Below the pieces are notes generated by a model, which was given only the letters and a program-made list of their open reading frames with translations, ran no database searches and had not been told where the DNA came from. Made by a program: the position numbers and the translations under genes. From an uncultured cyanobacterium (GTDB lineage: Bacteria > Cyanobacteriota > Cyanobacteriia > Cyanobacteriales > Nostocaceae), in contig CAVUDP010000002.1 of the NCBI GenBank assembly GCA_963740315.1, positions 2,496,001-2,560,000 of the forward strand: 64,000 nucleotides of DNA, read 5' to 3'. This document shows, in pieces, positions 52,996 through 62,782 of this stretch; positions within the stretch are counted from its first letter, which is position 1; each line of letters starts with the position of its first letter.

Positions 52996-53308
52996 ATGCC
53001 TGCGGATAGCGGTTCGTAGTTGCGCTGTCTTCGCCCAAGCGTAACTACAAACATATTTTGATTTATAAGTAATTAAACAAATTTCATAGGAACAAAAACA
53101 CGTAAATTACCTTTCTAATATTTTAGAGAGGTAATTATTCGGCATTTTAATTAAGTGAAAAAATAACTGTAATGACCTGGAAGCTTTGGTTTTACTAGAG
53201 AATTAACAATAATCAATTAGTACTCACAATATTATTATGTAGTAGTAACTAGAACAATTATTATCGCAGAGATAAAAGTTCTATCGCGGGTTAATTCGCA
53301 CTCGATAA

Positions 53309-54748
53309 CTATAACAATGGAATATCATCATCAGATTCAGGAGCAGACAGTTTTTCTAACCAATCTTCACCCACCTGAATGCTAATATCGGAATCAAGGC
53401 TACCAGTACTTTCTACCCGCACTTCCCCAAATCCTAAAACGCTGCGGACTGATTCGGCACTGTTTTCGTCTCCTTGTTGAGCAACAACACGAGTTGATTT
53501 TAAAGGTTGACTCCAACTTTTGGCAACAAAAATGTTCGTATAACCGGCTTTTCGCAAGTTTCTAATTAAGCGTCGGAAACTAGCGTTATCATCGCCGGTA
53601 TGATTTTGAATCGCAACTCGTAAAGATGCTGGTTCAATAGGTTGTATTTCATTCTCAGTTTCTATGCCAAAGTGCTGAGCCATCATAGAGCTTATACGCC
53701 TTGGATTTGGTATCCAGTAGCTAGCATTGTACTCTTTGGGAGTACTAAAGCGTCCGGGTAACATTAACATTTGCATATTAGAGCGATTGGTTCGTACTCC
53801 AAAACCTACCAGCGCTAATAATTCTTCAACTGTCAAATTAGTATCGATATGTTCTTTGACTACGTTGAGAATTTTAGGTAATTGTGCTAATGTCGCTGGG
53901 TTGAGTGCCTGATCCATTAACGCTCGCATCACCAGTTGCTGGCGTTGAATGCGACCAATATCTCCTCTACCATCATTGCGAAAACGTAAAAGCTGTAGTG
54001 CTTTATCGCCATCCAGATGCTGTTTACCCGCTTTTAAATTTATGTATAAATGCTGAGAATCATCTTGATACTTCAAGTCTTCGGGAACGTTTACCGTTAC
54101 TCCTCCCAAAGCATCGATCAGCTTACCTACTCCTAAAACGTTAATCCTCATATAGCGGTCAATTGCGACTCCTCCTAAAAGGTTACTTACCGTTTTAGCG
54201 CTTAAAGCCGGACCGCCATTGACGTTGGAAGCATTAATTTTTTTTATACCATACCCTTCGATTCTGGTACGAGTATCTCTAGGAACAGAAAGCATGGTCA
54301 ACTTTTTATTCTGAGGGTCGAACTTTATCAAAAGCATGACATCAGCAAGACCATCAAAAGAATTAACTTGAGGTAGGTATCCCAAATCTCTAACTTGAGA
54401 TGGAGCATTTTGTGTATCGGGGGGGAGTACGCTCATTCCCATGACTAAAACATTTACGGGGCGAGTTAATTCTGAAAAGCGCAGTCCACCTCCAGTAATA
54501 CTGCCGCTCTTAAACTCAGCCGCTTCATCCGCGCTCAGGTTGGCTTGCATCAAAGGCGCACTGCTTAAAGAAACCGCCAAAAGCGCTCCTGCGGTAGCCG
54601 ATATCATCGCAATACCACTCATACCTACCCAGAACCACAACCACCTTCCGGATTTGGGGTTATTCCCTTTTTTGTCATTTGAATTAAGAGGGGACGCAGA
54701 TTGACTATCTTGCGCCGAAGTTCTTTGAATGGTCACTGACTTCCTCAC
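53309..54748 (-). CDS. LCP (LytR-CpsA-Psr) family protein with a LytR C-terminal domain
   Basis: LSVPRDT, LLRFR and GDIGRIQRQQ motifs; C-terminal SDISIQVGEDW. Confidence 0.92.
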   Translation of the reverse strand: MRKSVTIQRTSAQDSQSASPLNSNDKKGNNPKSGRWLWFWVGMSGIAMISATAGALLAVSLSSAPLMQANLSADEAAEFKSGSITGGGLRFSELTRPVNVLVMGMSVLPPDTQNAPSQVRDLGYLPQVNSFDGLADVMLLIKFDPQNKKLTMLSVPRDTRTRIEGYGIKKINASNVNGGPALSAKTVSNLLGGVAIDRYMRINVLGVGKLIDALGGVTVNVPEDLKYQDDSQHLYINLKAGKQHLDGDKALQLLRFRNDGRGDIGRIQRQQLVMRALMDQALNPATLAQLPKILNVVKEHIDTNLTVEELLALVGFGVRTNRSNMQMLMLPGRFSTPKEYNASYWIPNPRRISSMMAQHFGIETENEIQPIEPASLRVAIQNHTGDDNASFRRLIRNLRKAGYTNIFVAKSWSQPLKSTRVVAQQGDENSAESVRSVLGFGEVRVESTGSLDSDISIQVGEDWLEKLSAPESDDDIPLL

Positions 54749-55027
54749 ACTTATTGATAAAAATTGAAATTTATGCTTTACATTTGTGCTGACGAATCAA
54801 CCCATAGTAGCTAACTCTTAATTATCAGTGGTAACTACACAACTTTCGTGTCAACCACAACACTTATAGCAGTATTTCTCCTACTTTTTAAGTTAATCCG
54901 GAGATGTTCAATAGAAGTATGGCAGCTTTATACTAAATTTGACTGTAAAACTATTGACAATCGCAGTCAAAAAAAATACTCTTGTCATCGGATTAAATCT
55001 GCTTGATTACAAGTATTTTTACCTTGA

Positions 55028-55432
55028 TTAAGATAAATATTTACTTACTACTTTTTCAGCAAACTGGCTAAATCCCGGTAAACGTTGAGACTTGCCTTTG
55101 AACGTGCGAATAATTAACCAAGCACTTACTACAAAATAGCCACTTGTTACAAAGCTGTTAAGAATTTGCAAGCGTAGTGCGAAAAATTCTGAAGTTGAAG
55201 CTCCAGTTCCCAACAATATGTATCCTAAGATCCAAGTTAGTGCTAATGTAATTGACAAACGAGAAGTTCTTAATTGTTCCCGGCTTCCTTCACGGCGATA
55301 AAGCGTCCATAAGGATGGGAAAAACCCAATTACCGGAATTAAATATATAAGCATTCCCATAAGAGAAATATCTTGCTTTTTTATTTTGCTTGAATTGGAG
55401 CTTGAATTTTGTTTAGATTCAAAATGCTTCAT
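55028..55432 (-). CDS. Hypothetical membrane protein (134 aa)
   Basis: Three hydrophobic segments; YLIPVIGFFPSLWTLY. Confidence 0.7.
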   Translation of the reverse strand: MKHFESKQNSSSNSSKIKKQDISLMGMLIYLIPVIGFFPSLWTLYRREGSREQLRTSRLSITLALTWILGYILLGTGASTSEFFALRLQILNSFVTSGYFVVSAWLIIRTFKGKSQRLPGFSQFAEKVVSKYLS

Positions 55433-55544
55433 TAGTTTGAGTAAAATCCTGAACTAGGGGGATGAGCTATTGGTCTATAGTCGGAGATAATAAGTTTATA
55501 ATCGAACATTTTATTCGTTGACCAATGCCAATTGGCTTTTTTTT

Positions 55545-56747
55545 ATGCATACACTTAAGCTGCTTAACTGGTGGCAAAGATTATCACCAATAGCGCGAAT
55601 CGGCGCGATCGCCGTTTTTGCCCCGCTTTTAGTGCTTAATGGTTGGGCGTTTTCAGTAATTTTTGATTACTTCCACTCGCTGATAGTCATTTTAGCCGGA
55701 GCTTCGGTGTTAGCGTTTCTGCTCAACTATCCCGTAAGCTGGATGGAGCGTCAAGGTCTAAACCGCGAACCGATTGCAATTTTAGTATTTTTACTGAGTC
55801 TATCTATCTTATTGGCATTGGGTGTGACGCTTGTTCCCTTAGCGTTTACTCAAGCCCAACAGTTAGTAGCTCGTTTACCGGAGTTGATTGATTCGGGACG
55901 CAATCAGTTGATGATGTTGAATCAGAAAGCCGATAGTTTCGGTTTACCAATCAATCTCGATGCTTTACTAGTACAGATTAATGACCGTGTTAAAGGACAA
56001 TTGCAAGCTATAGCCGGACAAGTATTGAATTTAGCGGTAGTCACGGTAACAAGTTTGCTCGATATTGTCTTGACTATGGTTCTAACATTTTATCTGTTGC
56101 AGCATGGAGGGGATCTTTGGCAAAGTTTGATCGGTTGGCTTCCTACCAGATTTCGCGAACCTTTTTCGGAAACAGTACGCCTTAGCTTTCAAAATTTCTT
56201 TATCACCCAGCTGATTTTATCGGTTTGTATGGCATCAGCGTTGATTCCGACGTTTTTATGGCTAAAAGTACCTTTTGGTTTGCTGTTTGGCTTGACTATC
56301 GGAATTATGGCGCTAATTCCCTTTGGCGGCTCTGTAGGTATTGCCCTTACGACATCCTTGGTAGCACTGCAAGATTTCTGGATTGGGATGAGGGCATTAA
56401 TGGCTGCGGTAATCGTACAGCAAATACTCGAAAATATCATTGCTCCGAGAATTTTAGGTAGCTTTACAGGTTTAAATCCCGTCTGGATTTTAATTTCGGT
56501 GTTAACGGGGGCTAGAGTGGGTGGACTTTTAGGTGTAATTGTAGCGGTACCTAGCGCTGTTGTCATTAAAACAGCTTTAAGCGCTGTACGTCCTTCTATT
56601 TCTAATAACGAGCAAAACGATCGCGATGGTATCGTTTCCGAACAAAGTGGAGATTCTCACCATAAAAAAATTGAAGACACCAATTCCGAACTTAGTGTCC
56701 CTCCTGTAGATGTAGCTGCACCAAAAACATCTCCTCCTACTGCTTAA
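55545..56747 (+). CDS. AI-2E family transporter
   Basis: AFLLNYPV, LIPFGG, QQILENIIAPRILG and GGLLGVIVAVP motifs. Confidence 0.9.
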   Translation: MHTLKLLNWWQRLSPIARIGAIAVFAPLLVLNGWAFSVIFDYFHSLIVILAGASVLAFLLNYPVSWMERQGLNREPIAILVFLLSLSILLALGVTLVPLAFTQAQQLVARLPELIDSGRNQLMMLNQKADSFGLPINLDALLVQINDRVKGQLQAIAGQVLNLAVVTVTSLLDIVLTMVLTFYLLQHGGDLWQSLIGWLPTRFREPFSETVRLSFQNFFITQLILSVCMASALIPTFLWLKVPFGLLFGLTIGIMALIPFGGSVGIALTTSLVALQDFWIGMRALMAAVIVQQILENIIAPRILGSFTGLNPVWILISVLTGARVGGLLGVIVAVPSAVVIKTALSAVRPSISNNEQNDRDGIVSEQSGDSHHKKIEDTNSELSVPPVDVAAPKTSPPTA

Positions 56748-56773
56748 TCAAAGTATGAATCTATCTTTATTCT

Positions 56774-58105
56774 TCAGGAAACTGGTTCTACTATTGAACC
56801 CATAAATAAAATACTTTGGGTTTGATTATCTCGAATCGCGCAGAAAAAGGGACGGTTCACAATCATCTGAAACGGTTGTTGGGAAGGTATTTTTGCTGAC
56901 GTTACTTCTATTCCAACTGAAGTTGTTGCAGCAGCCTCGGTTCCTTCTTCATTTACTTCGACAAAAGTTTTATGTTTAACTTCGCTAATTTTAAGGTTAT
57001 TTCCCATTTCTGAGAAATTGGCGTTATCGCTGAATGCTTCTTCCATTCCTAAAGCTGAAAGTGAATTATTAAGTGTAGCTTCATAATCCATTTTGAAGCG
57101 TGGTAAACGCATAAAACCGTCTCGAAGCGCAAACTGTGACATCCATTTTTCCCAGTTAGCTGCATTCAAGTTTTCGTGAAAAGATTTCAAATTAGAGTTT
57201 TCTTTGGGTAAAAATACATAAAAGCTAACTCTACCGTTTTCACCATAAGGTAAACTCACGGCTTGAAATTGTTCGGTTTCGTAATATTTGTACTCACCCG
57301 ATTGCGACATCATTGGATGTTGTTTTTCCTCACCCGACGCAAGATAAAAAGGTAATTGAGCGGTTTTTTCTGGCTCAAATTCTTTTGTCCAACTACCTTT
57401 AAAATAAATTGCGTTCAGTAGAAAAAGTACTCGATTTGGGTCTATTTTTTCGACAATCTTGTCTATTTTACCTTGTGTATTTTCTTTAACCCAATTATTA
57501 ATTATGCTAGCTGTGCCTGTATCTGCAAAATCTAAAGAGGTCACTTTTGCTTGATAAAAATCTTGGTTATTTTGAATAAAATCTGGTTTCAAGCTAGCAT
57601 TTTTGTCTGCCCACAGCGAGTTAGCAATATTTAATGTTACTTGAGAATCGGGGTTTTCTAAACTTGCTTTTAATTTAGCGTAAGAAGAATTAATTTGTTG
57701 AAGATTCATTCCCTGCAATTCTAATGTTTTAGCCATTGCCGATTGAGTGTTACCACTAGCCCCGTTGTAAGTCATAGCTAAAGCAAGAGCTATACTCGAA
57801 GGTGAAAAAAAGATATTTTTGTTATTATCTTGAATCAATAATTTTGAAAATAAATTGAAGCCGAATTTAGTGTTGGCAGATACAAATTTTGGATCCATTG
57901 ATGCAGCTTTGTCTGAAACTGGTAACTCCGATTGCGGTACTTGTGATTCAGCTAAGGCGCTATTATTACCATTACTCAATTGAGAACAACCTATTACACC
58001 CATAAGCATAACCCCAGCAGCAGCTAGAACATAACGTCTTCCTAAACTAACTGCGTAACGTCTTTGTAAAAAGTTTTGCCGAGCATTGTTTAATTTTTGT
58101 TTCAT
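56774..58105 (-). CDS. Serpin (lipoprotein-type serine protease inhibitor)
   Basis: NIFFSPSSI, INNWVKENTQGKI, LNAIYFKGSW, EEGTEAAA hinge, NRPF; lipobox-like VIGC. Confidence 0.95.
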   Translation of the reverse strand: MKQKLNNARQNFLQRRYAVSLGRRYVLAAAGVMLMGVIGCSQLSNGNNSALAESQVPQSELPVSDKAASMDPKFVSANTKFGFNLFSKLLIQDNNKNIFFSPSSIALALAMTYNGASGNTQSAMAKTLELQGMNLQQINSSYAKLKASLENPDSQVTLNIANSLWADKNASLKPDFIQNNQDFYQAKVTSLDFADTGTASIINNWVKENTQGKIDKIVEKIDPNRVLFLLNAIYFKGSWTKEFEPEKTAQLPFYLASGEEKQHPMMSQSGEYKYYETEQFQAVSLPYGENGRVSFYVFLPKENSNLKSFHENLNAANWEKWMSQFALRDGFMRLPRFKMDYEATLNNSLSALGMEEAFSDNANFSEMGNNLKISEVKHKTFVEVNEEGTEAAATTSVGIEVTSAKIPSQQPFQMIVNRPFFCAIRDNQTQSILFMGSIVEPVS

Positions 58106-58363
58106 CTCACCACCATATAGCAATCATGCTTTACTTCAACTATGACATTTAGTATTAGAGAATAGTTGGATGGTTACAGTTTCGGCAACAGAATATTGCT
58201 GCCAATTATTATTTATTTAATTGAAAATAAAATATTAAGATTTTGGTTATTTAGATTACAAATATAATAAACATATCATATACTATCCTAAAGATAGAGG
58301 CAATTGAAACCACGCAAATATTTAAAATATTTTAATTAGACCAACTTTATTTGACCTGACGTA

Positions 58364-60742
58364 ATGAGCGATCGAAATCATAGTCTAAGTAACAATATTT
58401 CGTTTCAAGAAGTTTTAAGACTTGTTGAGAATTTAGTGCTGACTAAAACGGGCAAGCATCTGTCTAATATAGAATTATTAGTTTTACGAGGTTCTTGGAA
58501 AGGTCAAAAATATAACCAAATTGCGGCTGAAGGTGGTTATACCAATGAATATCTAAAAAATGATGTTGGACCAAAACTCTGGAAACGTTTGTCGATCGCT
58601 TTAGCAAATAAAATTAATAAAAATAATTTTAAAGCAATTCTCGAACAATACTTTTATCAACAAGAAAAAGGTGAATTAATCGCTAAACAGTTATCAAGTG
58701 AATATTGCTTGATTAATAACCTGAATCCACACGCACCACAACCTACATATCACAATCTTCCCTCACGAGATTATACAAGATTAGTGGGTCGTGAAGCAGA
58801 AGCAAAAAGAATACTGGAATTAATTTCTCCGGAATGGGCAACGCCTTGTCTAAGTATTGAAGGAATTGGAGGTGCTGGAAAAACAACTTTAGCTTTGGAT
58901 ATTGCTTACCGTTGTTTGAAAGCTAGTAACGATGTTTACCTGGGAAGGACGTTATCCGATATTCCTACTTTTGAATTAATAGTATTTACTTCTGCAAAAT
59001 CTCAATTATTTACGCCTAAAGGTATTTTACCTCGCTTAAGACGAGAAAGAACTTTAATCGATATTTTTACAAGTATTATACGGACAATAAGCTTTTATAA
59101 TTCTCCTCCCGCAAATTTTGCTGATACTTACGAGCAAATTTATAAATGCTTAGCAAATATGCGGACTTTATTAATTATTGATAATTTAGATACTTTAGAA
59201 GATCGGCAGCAAATACTAAGTTTTTTATACGAACTTCCCCCCACCGTCAAAGCAATAATCACTAGTAGAGAAAAAACTCCATTCACTTCAGTTAATCTGT
59301 CATCTTTGACTAAAACAGAAGCTTTATTATTAATTCAACAAAAAGCAGCCGAAAAACAAGTAGACTTGAATTTAAAACAATACGTTCAAATATCTCAAAC
59401 TACAGGAAGAATCCCTGCTGCAATCATCTATGCTATTAGTCAGTTAGCCGCAGGTTATAGCCTCGATCGTATAATAAGCGGATTAATGCCTATTCAAGGA
59501 GATTTTTGTCGATTTTACTTCGAGAGTTCCGTGCAGCCATTAAAAGGGCAAGTAGCCCATCAATTGTTAATGGCTTTGTCGCTTTTTGCTAAACACTCAT
59601 TACCTGAAGCGATACGCACTGTTGCTGGAGTAGATAATGATTTAAGTACGGCAGATGGTTTCGCCTTATTACAACAACTTTCCTTGATGAATTGTCAAGG
59701 AGGGCGTTATTCAATGCTACCTTTAACTCGTGAATACGCGCTTTGGGAAATGTCTTGCAATCCTGAATTTGAAGTTAATGCTCGTAATAATTGGGTAAAC
59801 TGGTATCTTAACTTTTCTCAACAGCATGGAGGTAAAGATTGGCGAGAATGGCAAGATTATCAACAGCTAGAACAAGAATGGGATAACTTAACAGAGGCGA
59901 TCGAATGGTGTATTTCAAATAACCGTTACCACGATGTCTGCAAACTTTGGCAAAACGTGAAATGCTATACATATTCACTCGCCTATCGCCAAAATCGTTT
60001 AAGTTATTGGGATGCACCGCTGTTATGGTTAGAATGGCTGAGTGAATCGGCATTTTCCCGTCACGAGTTAGCAAGCGCTGCCGAAATAATTAGCGATCGC
60101 GCTTGGAAGTTGACTTTGATGGGAGAAGAGCATTTAGCTACAGCGAAGGATTTGTTTCGCCAAGCTTGGGAATTGCATCAGTATCTAACGTTAGATATGC
60201 AGGTAGATTTAGCGATTCATATTGGTGTATGGCATATTCAAAAGCAGCAATTCGCACAAGCAACATATTGGCTGAATCAAGCTCGTGACTTATTAGATTC
60301 AGATAATTCTCAAATAGATTCCTATGTTACGACTCGTTTATCTCTACAGGTTCTTTATTATCAAGGCGAGATTTATTATAAAACCGAGAATTATCGAGAA
60401 AGTCAAATTTTATTTAAACAAATATTTCAACAAGCTCAATTAATTGGTTGGCAGCGTGCTAGTTTTCTTGCAAAAGACTTTTTAGCAGATATTGCAATTA
60501 AGCAAGGGAAATTAAATCAAGCGCAAAATTATTTGACAGAACTTTTACAAGTAGCAGAAGAGAACCAAGATAAATGTAGTAGAGCATATACAAAGCGTTC
60601 TTTAGCTCGTTTGGAAACAAAATTAGGTAACTTTAATATAGCCAAACGCTGGATAAATGAAGCTATGACAGATTTTGACACTTTAGGTATGAAGACAGAA
60701 CTATCGGAAACTCAAGCATTACTGCAAGTTATTCAGTCTTGA
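58364..60742 (+). CDS. STAND (NB-ARC-type) NTPase with an N-terminal HTH and C-terminal TPR-like repeats
   Basis: N-terminal LSNIELLVLRGSW...Y..IA...GY...YLK.DVG..LW..LS; HNLP...LVGRE; Walker A GIGGAGKTT; Walker B LLIIDNLD; IITSR; helical repeats. Confidence 0.88.
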   Translation: MSDRNHSLSNNISFQEVLRLVENLVLTKTGKHLSNIELLVLRGSWKGQKYNQIAAEGGYTNEYLKNDVGPKLWKRLSIALANKINKNNFKAILEQYFYQQEKGELIAKQLSSEYCLINNLNPHAPQPTYHNLPSRDYTRLVGREAEAKRILELISPEWATPCLSIEGIGGAGKTTLALDIAYRCLKASNDVYLGRTLSDIPTFELIVFTSAKSQLFTPKGILPRLRRERTLIDIFTSIIRTISFYNSPPANFADTYEQIYKCLANMRTLLIIDNLDTLEDRQQILSFLYELPPTVKAIITSREKTPFTSVNLSSLTKTEALLLIQQKAAEKQVDLNLKQYVQISQTTGRIPAAIIYAISQLAAGYSLDRIISGLMPIQGDFCRFYFESSVQPLKGQVAHQLLMALSLFAKHSLPEAIRTVAGVDNDLSTADGFALLQQLSLMNCQGGRYSMLPLTREYALWEMSCNPEFEVNARNNWVNWYLNFSQQHGGKDWREWQDYQQLEQEWDNLTEAIEWCISNNRYHDVCKLWQNVKCYTYSLAYRQNRLSYWDAPLLWLEWLSESAFSRHELASAAEIISDRAWKLTLMGEEHLATAKDLFRQAWELHQYLTLDMQVDLAIHIGVWHIQKQQFAQATYWLNQARDLLDSDNSQIDSYVTTRLSLQVLYYQGEIYYKTENYRESQILFKQIFQQAQLIGWQRASFLAKDFLADIAIKQGKLNQAQNYLTELLQVAEENQDKCSRAYTKRSLARLETKLGNFNIAKRWINEAMTDFDTLGMKTELSETQALLQVIQS

Positions 60743-61111
60743 TTATGTGAAATTAAATAAGATAATATAAAATAAAAATTAGCGCAATTATTGTATTACT
60801 AACAGTTAACTTTGAATGAATTGCAAGTCCTTTAGCCTATTAATTTGATTTACAAAATTTAATAAATTATAATAAATTATAATAAAGTTTAAAATTATAT
60901 TATAATAACTACCTTTTACTTAACTTTTCCCTGCTGACAAAAACGAAATTATGCTTAAAAATATGAAGGTGTCATCTGCTTTTTACCTATAAAGCAGTTA
61001 GCTTTATTCAAGGTATACACAGTTAGAACACACTGATAGAGGTTTTTGGCGTTAGGGTGGCATCTTTTTTCACACTTATTAAAAAAAAATCAAGTTTTCA
61101 CAGGAGTAAAA

Positions 61112-61168
61112 ATGTGTTGTGAATATCTACTTTTGATTAAGATATTGCTGCAATCATTTCTGCCCTGA
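61112..61168 (+). CDS. Putative 18-aa micropeptide MCCEYLLLIKILLQSFLP
   Basis: AGGAG lies 5 nt upstream of the ATG; too short for the ORF track. Confidence 0.35.
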   Translation: MCCEYLLLIKILLQSFLP

Positions 61169-61212
61169 CATTAGCAGCACCAACAAATTTTCTGAAAGAT
61201 AACTACCAAAAA

Positions 61213-61704
61213 ATGAGCAATAATAGGCTTCGTAGGTTATTTGTAATAGATCCCGCGATTAAAGATTTTCATTTATTAGCAAAGCTTGGATCGGAAGGTA
61301 TAATGCCCCAAGCAGAGGTTGTTGTATTAGAACCTGATAAAAAAGAGATCGAGCAAATTACTCGTGTCGTGCAAAAATACGTTGAACTTTCGGATATTCA
61401 TATCATTTCCCAAGGTTCACCAGGTTGTTTATATTTAGGAAATAGTAGATTATCCGTTTATAACTTCAACTACTATGCTTCTCAATTGAAAAATTGGACA
61501 GTTAACAATATTTTCTTATACGGTTGTAATATAGGTGCTGATGAAATTGGCAAAAAATTTATCTTACGTTTATACAAAGCAACTGGCGCAAACATTTCTA
61601 CTTTGGTTAGCACACAAAGAATGCATACAAAAGTAGGAATTGGTATTTGGACTAAAAGTCAATATACGTTAATCAAACCACAGTTAGCAGCACAAACAGC
61701 ATAG
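61213..61704 (+). CDS. Stand-alone DUF4347-like domain protein
   Basis: LFVIDPAIKDFHLL, IEQIT, IHIISQGSPGCLYLG, FLYGCNIG and TGANI patterns. Confidence 0.7.
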   Translation: MSNNRLRRLFVIDPAIKDFHLLAKLGSEGIMPQAEVVVLEPDKKEIEQITRVVQKYVELSDIHIISQGSPGCLYLGNSRLSVYNFNYYASQLKNWTVNNIFLYGCNIGADEIGKKFILRLYKATGANISTLVSTQRMHTKVGIGIWTKSQYTLIKPQLAAQTA

Positions 61705-61780
61705 TGGTTCACCACATAAGTTATGTCGGTGGAGTAAAGCTTGGCATTTTAACCCCACCATTATCATTGAGCCAATTGTG

Positions 61781-62359
61781 CTAATTGAGTAGATATTCAA
61801 TTTCGATCGCACTAAAAATATCACCGATATCTATACCCGGTCGAATCAGTTGTGTTATCTTACCAATAGGTTGACAGTCAGCCGCCATGCTTGGTTTAGA
61901 GATTTCCATAGTTGTGCCAAAGTGTTCTTGAAAAAGTACTTCGGTTTGTTCAAAAGCTGTTTTTAAATTATCTCTATCTATTTTACCCCGCTTGCCAAAA
62001 TAAGGAAAATGATGAATAAATCTACCAAATAGTATTTCGCAATCTTGGGCGTATTTGATCGTATCAAGAATGTGATAATGCCATACTCGGTCAATTTCTT
62101 GATTTGGGACGATTTGACTGTTAGGATAAAGGTAAATTAACAGTAAAAACATCAAATAGCGGGAAATAGCTTGTTTTGTCTGTTGAATATTCCATTTCTC
62201 TTCATTAGAATGTATCAATCTATAGGCGATCGATCCTAAGTCGAGCTGTGTTAATTTACTGATGAACCTTTGAACATCAGTAGGTATAGATTTAGCGAAT
62301 AACATTGCTTCGGCTCCGAATAAAAAAATTGAGTGAAAGAGGAGCAAATTTGATTCCAC
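61781..62359 (-). CDS. GRDP-like ('glycine-rich domain-containing', DUF1399-like) protein
   Basis: AISRYLMFL...VPNQEIDRVWHYHILDTIKYAQDC..LFGRFIHHFP. Alternative ATG at 62305. Confidence 0.7.
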   Translation of the reverse strand: MESNLLLFHSIFLFGAEAMLFAKSIPTDVQRFISKLTQLDLGSIAYRLIHSNEEKWNIQQTKQAISRYLMFLLLIYLYPNSQIVPNQEIDRVWHYHILDTIKYAQDCEILFGRFIHHFPYFGKRGKIDRDNLKTAFEQTEVLFQEHFGTTMEISKPSMAADCQPIGKITQLIRPGIDIGDIFSAIEIEYLLN

Positions 62360-62494
62360 AAACCAAACTCCGTTGAGATTAATTCTCTATCCGGTTTTTT
62401 TTTGATACAAAGTGTTTTTTTATACGTTCTTCATATGAATGCAAAGTTTTTGTGAAGAAGTTGGAAGCAGTTGTAAAAAGTTAGAAAGCCTTGA

Positions 62495-62626
62495 AAGTAA
62501 GTCGGTATTAAAAATCGTAATTATGACTGGGGAGTAGGGAGTAGGGTTGGGGGCAGTAGTGGCAAGGTTTTGAAGCAAATTTACCCAACCGTTACCGCCG
62601 TTGAGTTTGTTTGTGCCGACTTACTT
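62495..62626. mobile_element. MITE-like shell with a perfect 11-bp TIR
   Basis: AAGTAAGTCGG ... CCGACTTACTT enclosing a short GGGAGTA STRR. Confidence 0.5.
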
Positions 62627-62739
62627 AAAATTTTGTTTAATCTTCACCTAAATAAAAGCTTGTTTTCTCAAAAATTACCGATTTTTAATTTAAAATTATC
62701 TATTTTTTTGAAATGTAAATTTAGTTTAAAAACGAACAT

Positions 62740-62766
62740 AAAAAAAAGGGTATGGGAAATACCCTT
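62740..62766 (-). terminator. Intrinsic terminator of the S8 peptidase gene
   Basis: Minus strand AAGGGTATTTCCCATACCCTT followed by a T run. Confidence 0.6.
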
Positions 62767-62782
62767 AATTCAAAATATATAA

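Noticed and set aside
3214..60288. Numerous 60-150 aa ORFs antisense to or overlapping well-supported genes
   Set aside because: Shadow ORFs with no independent motifs
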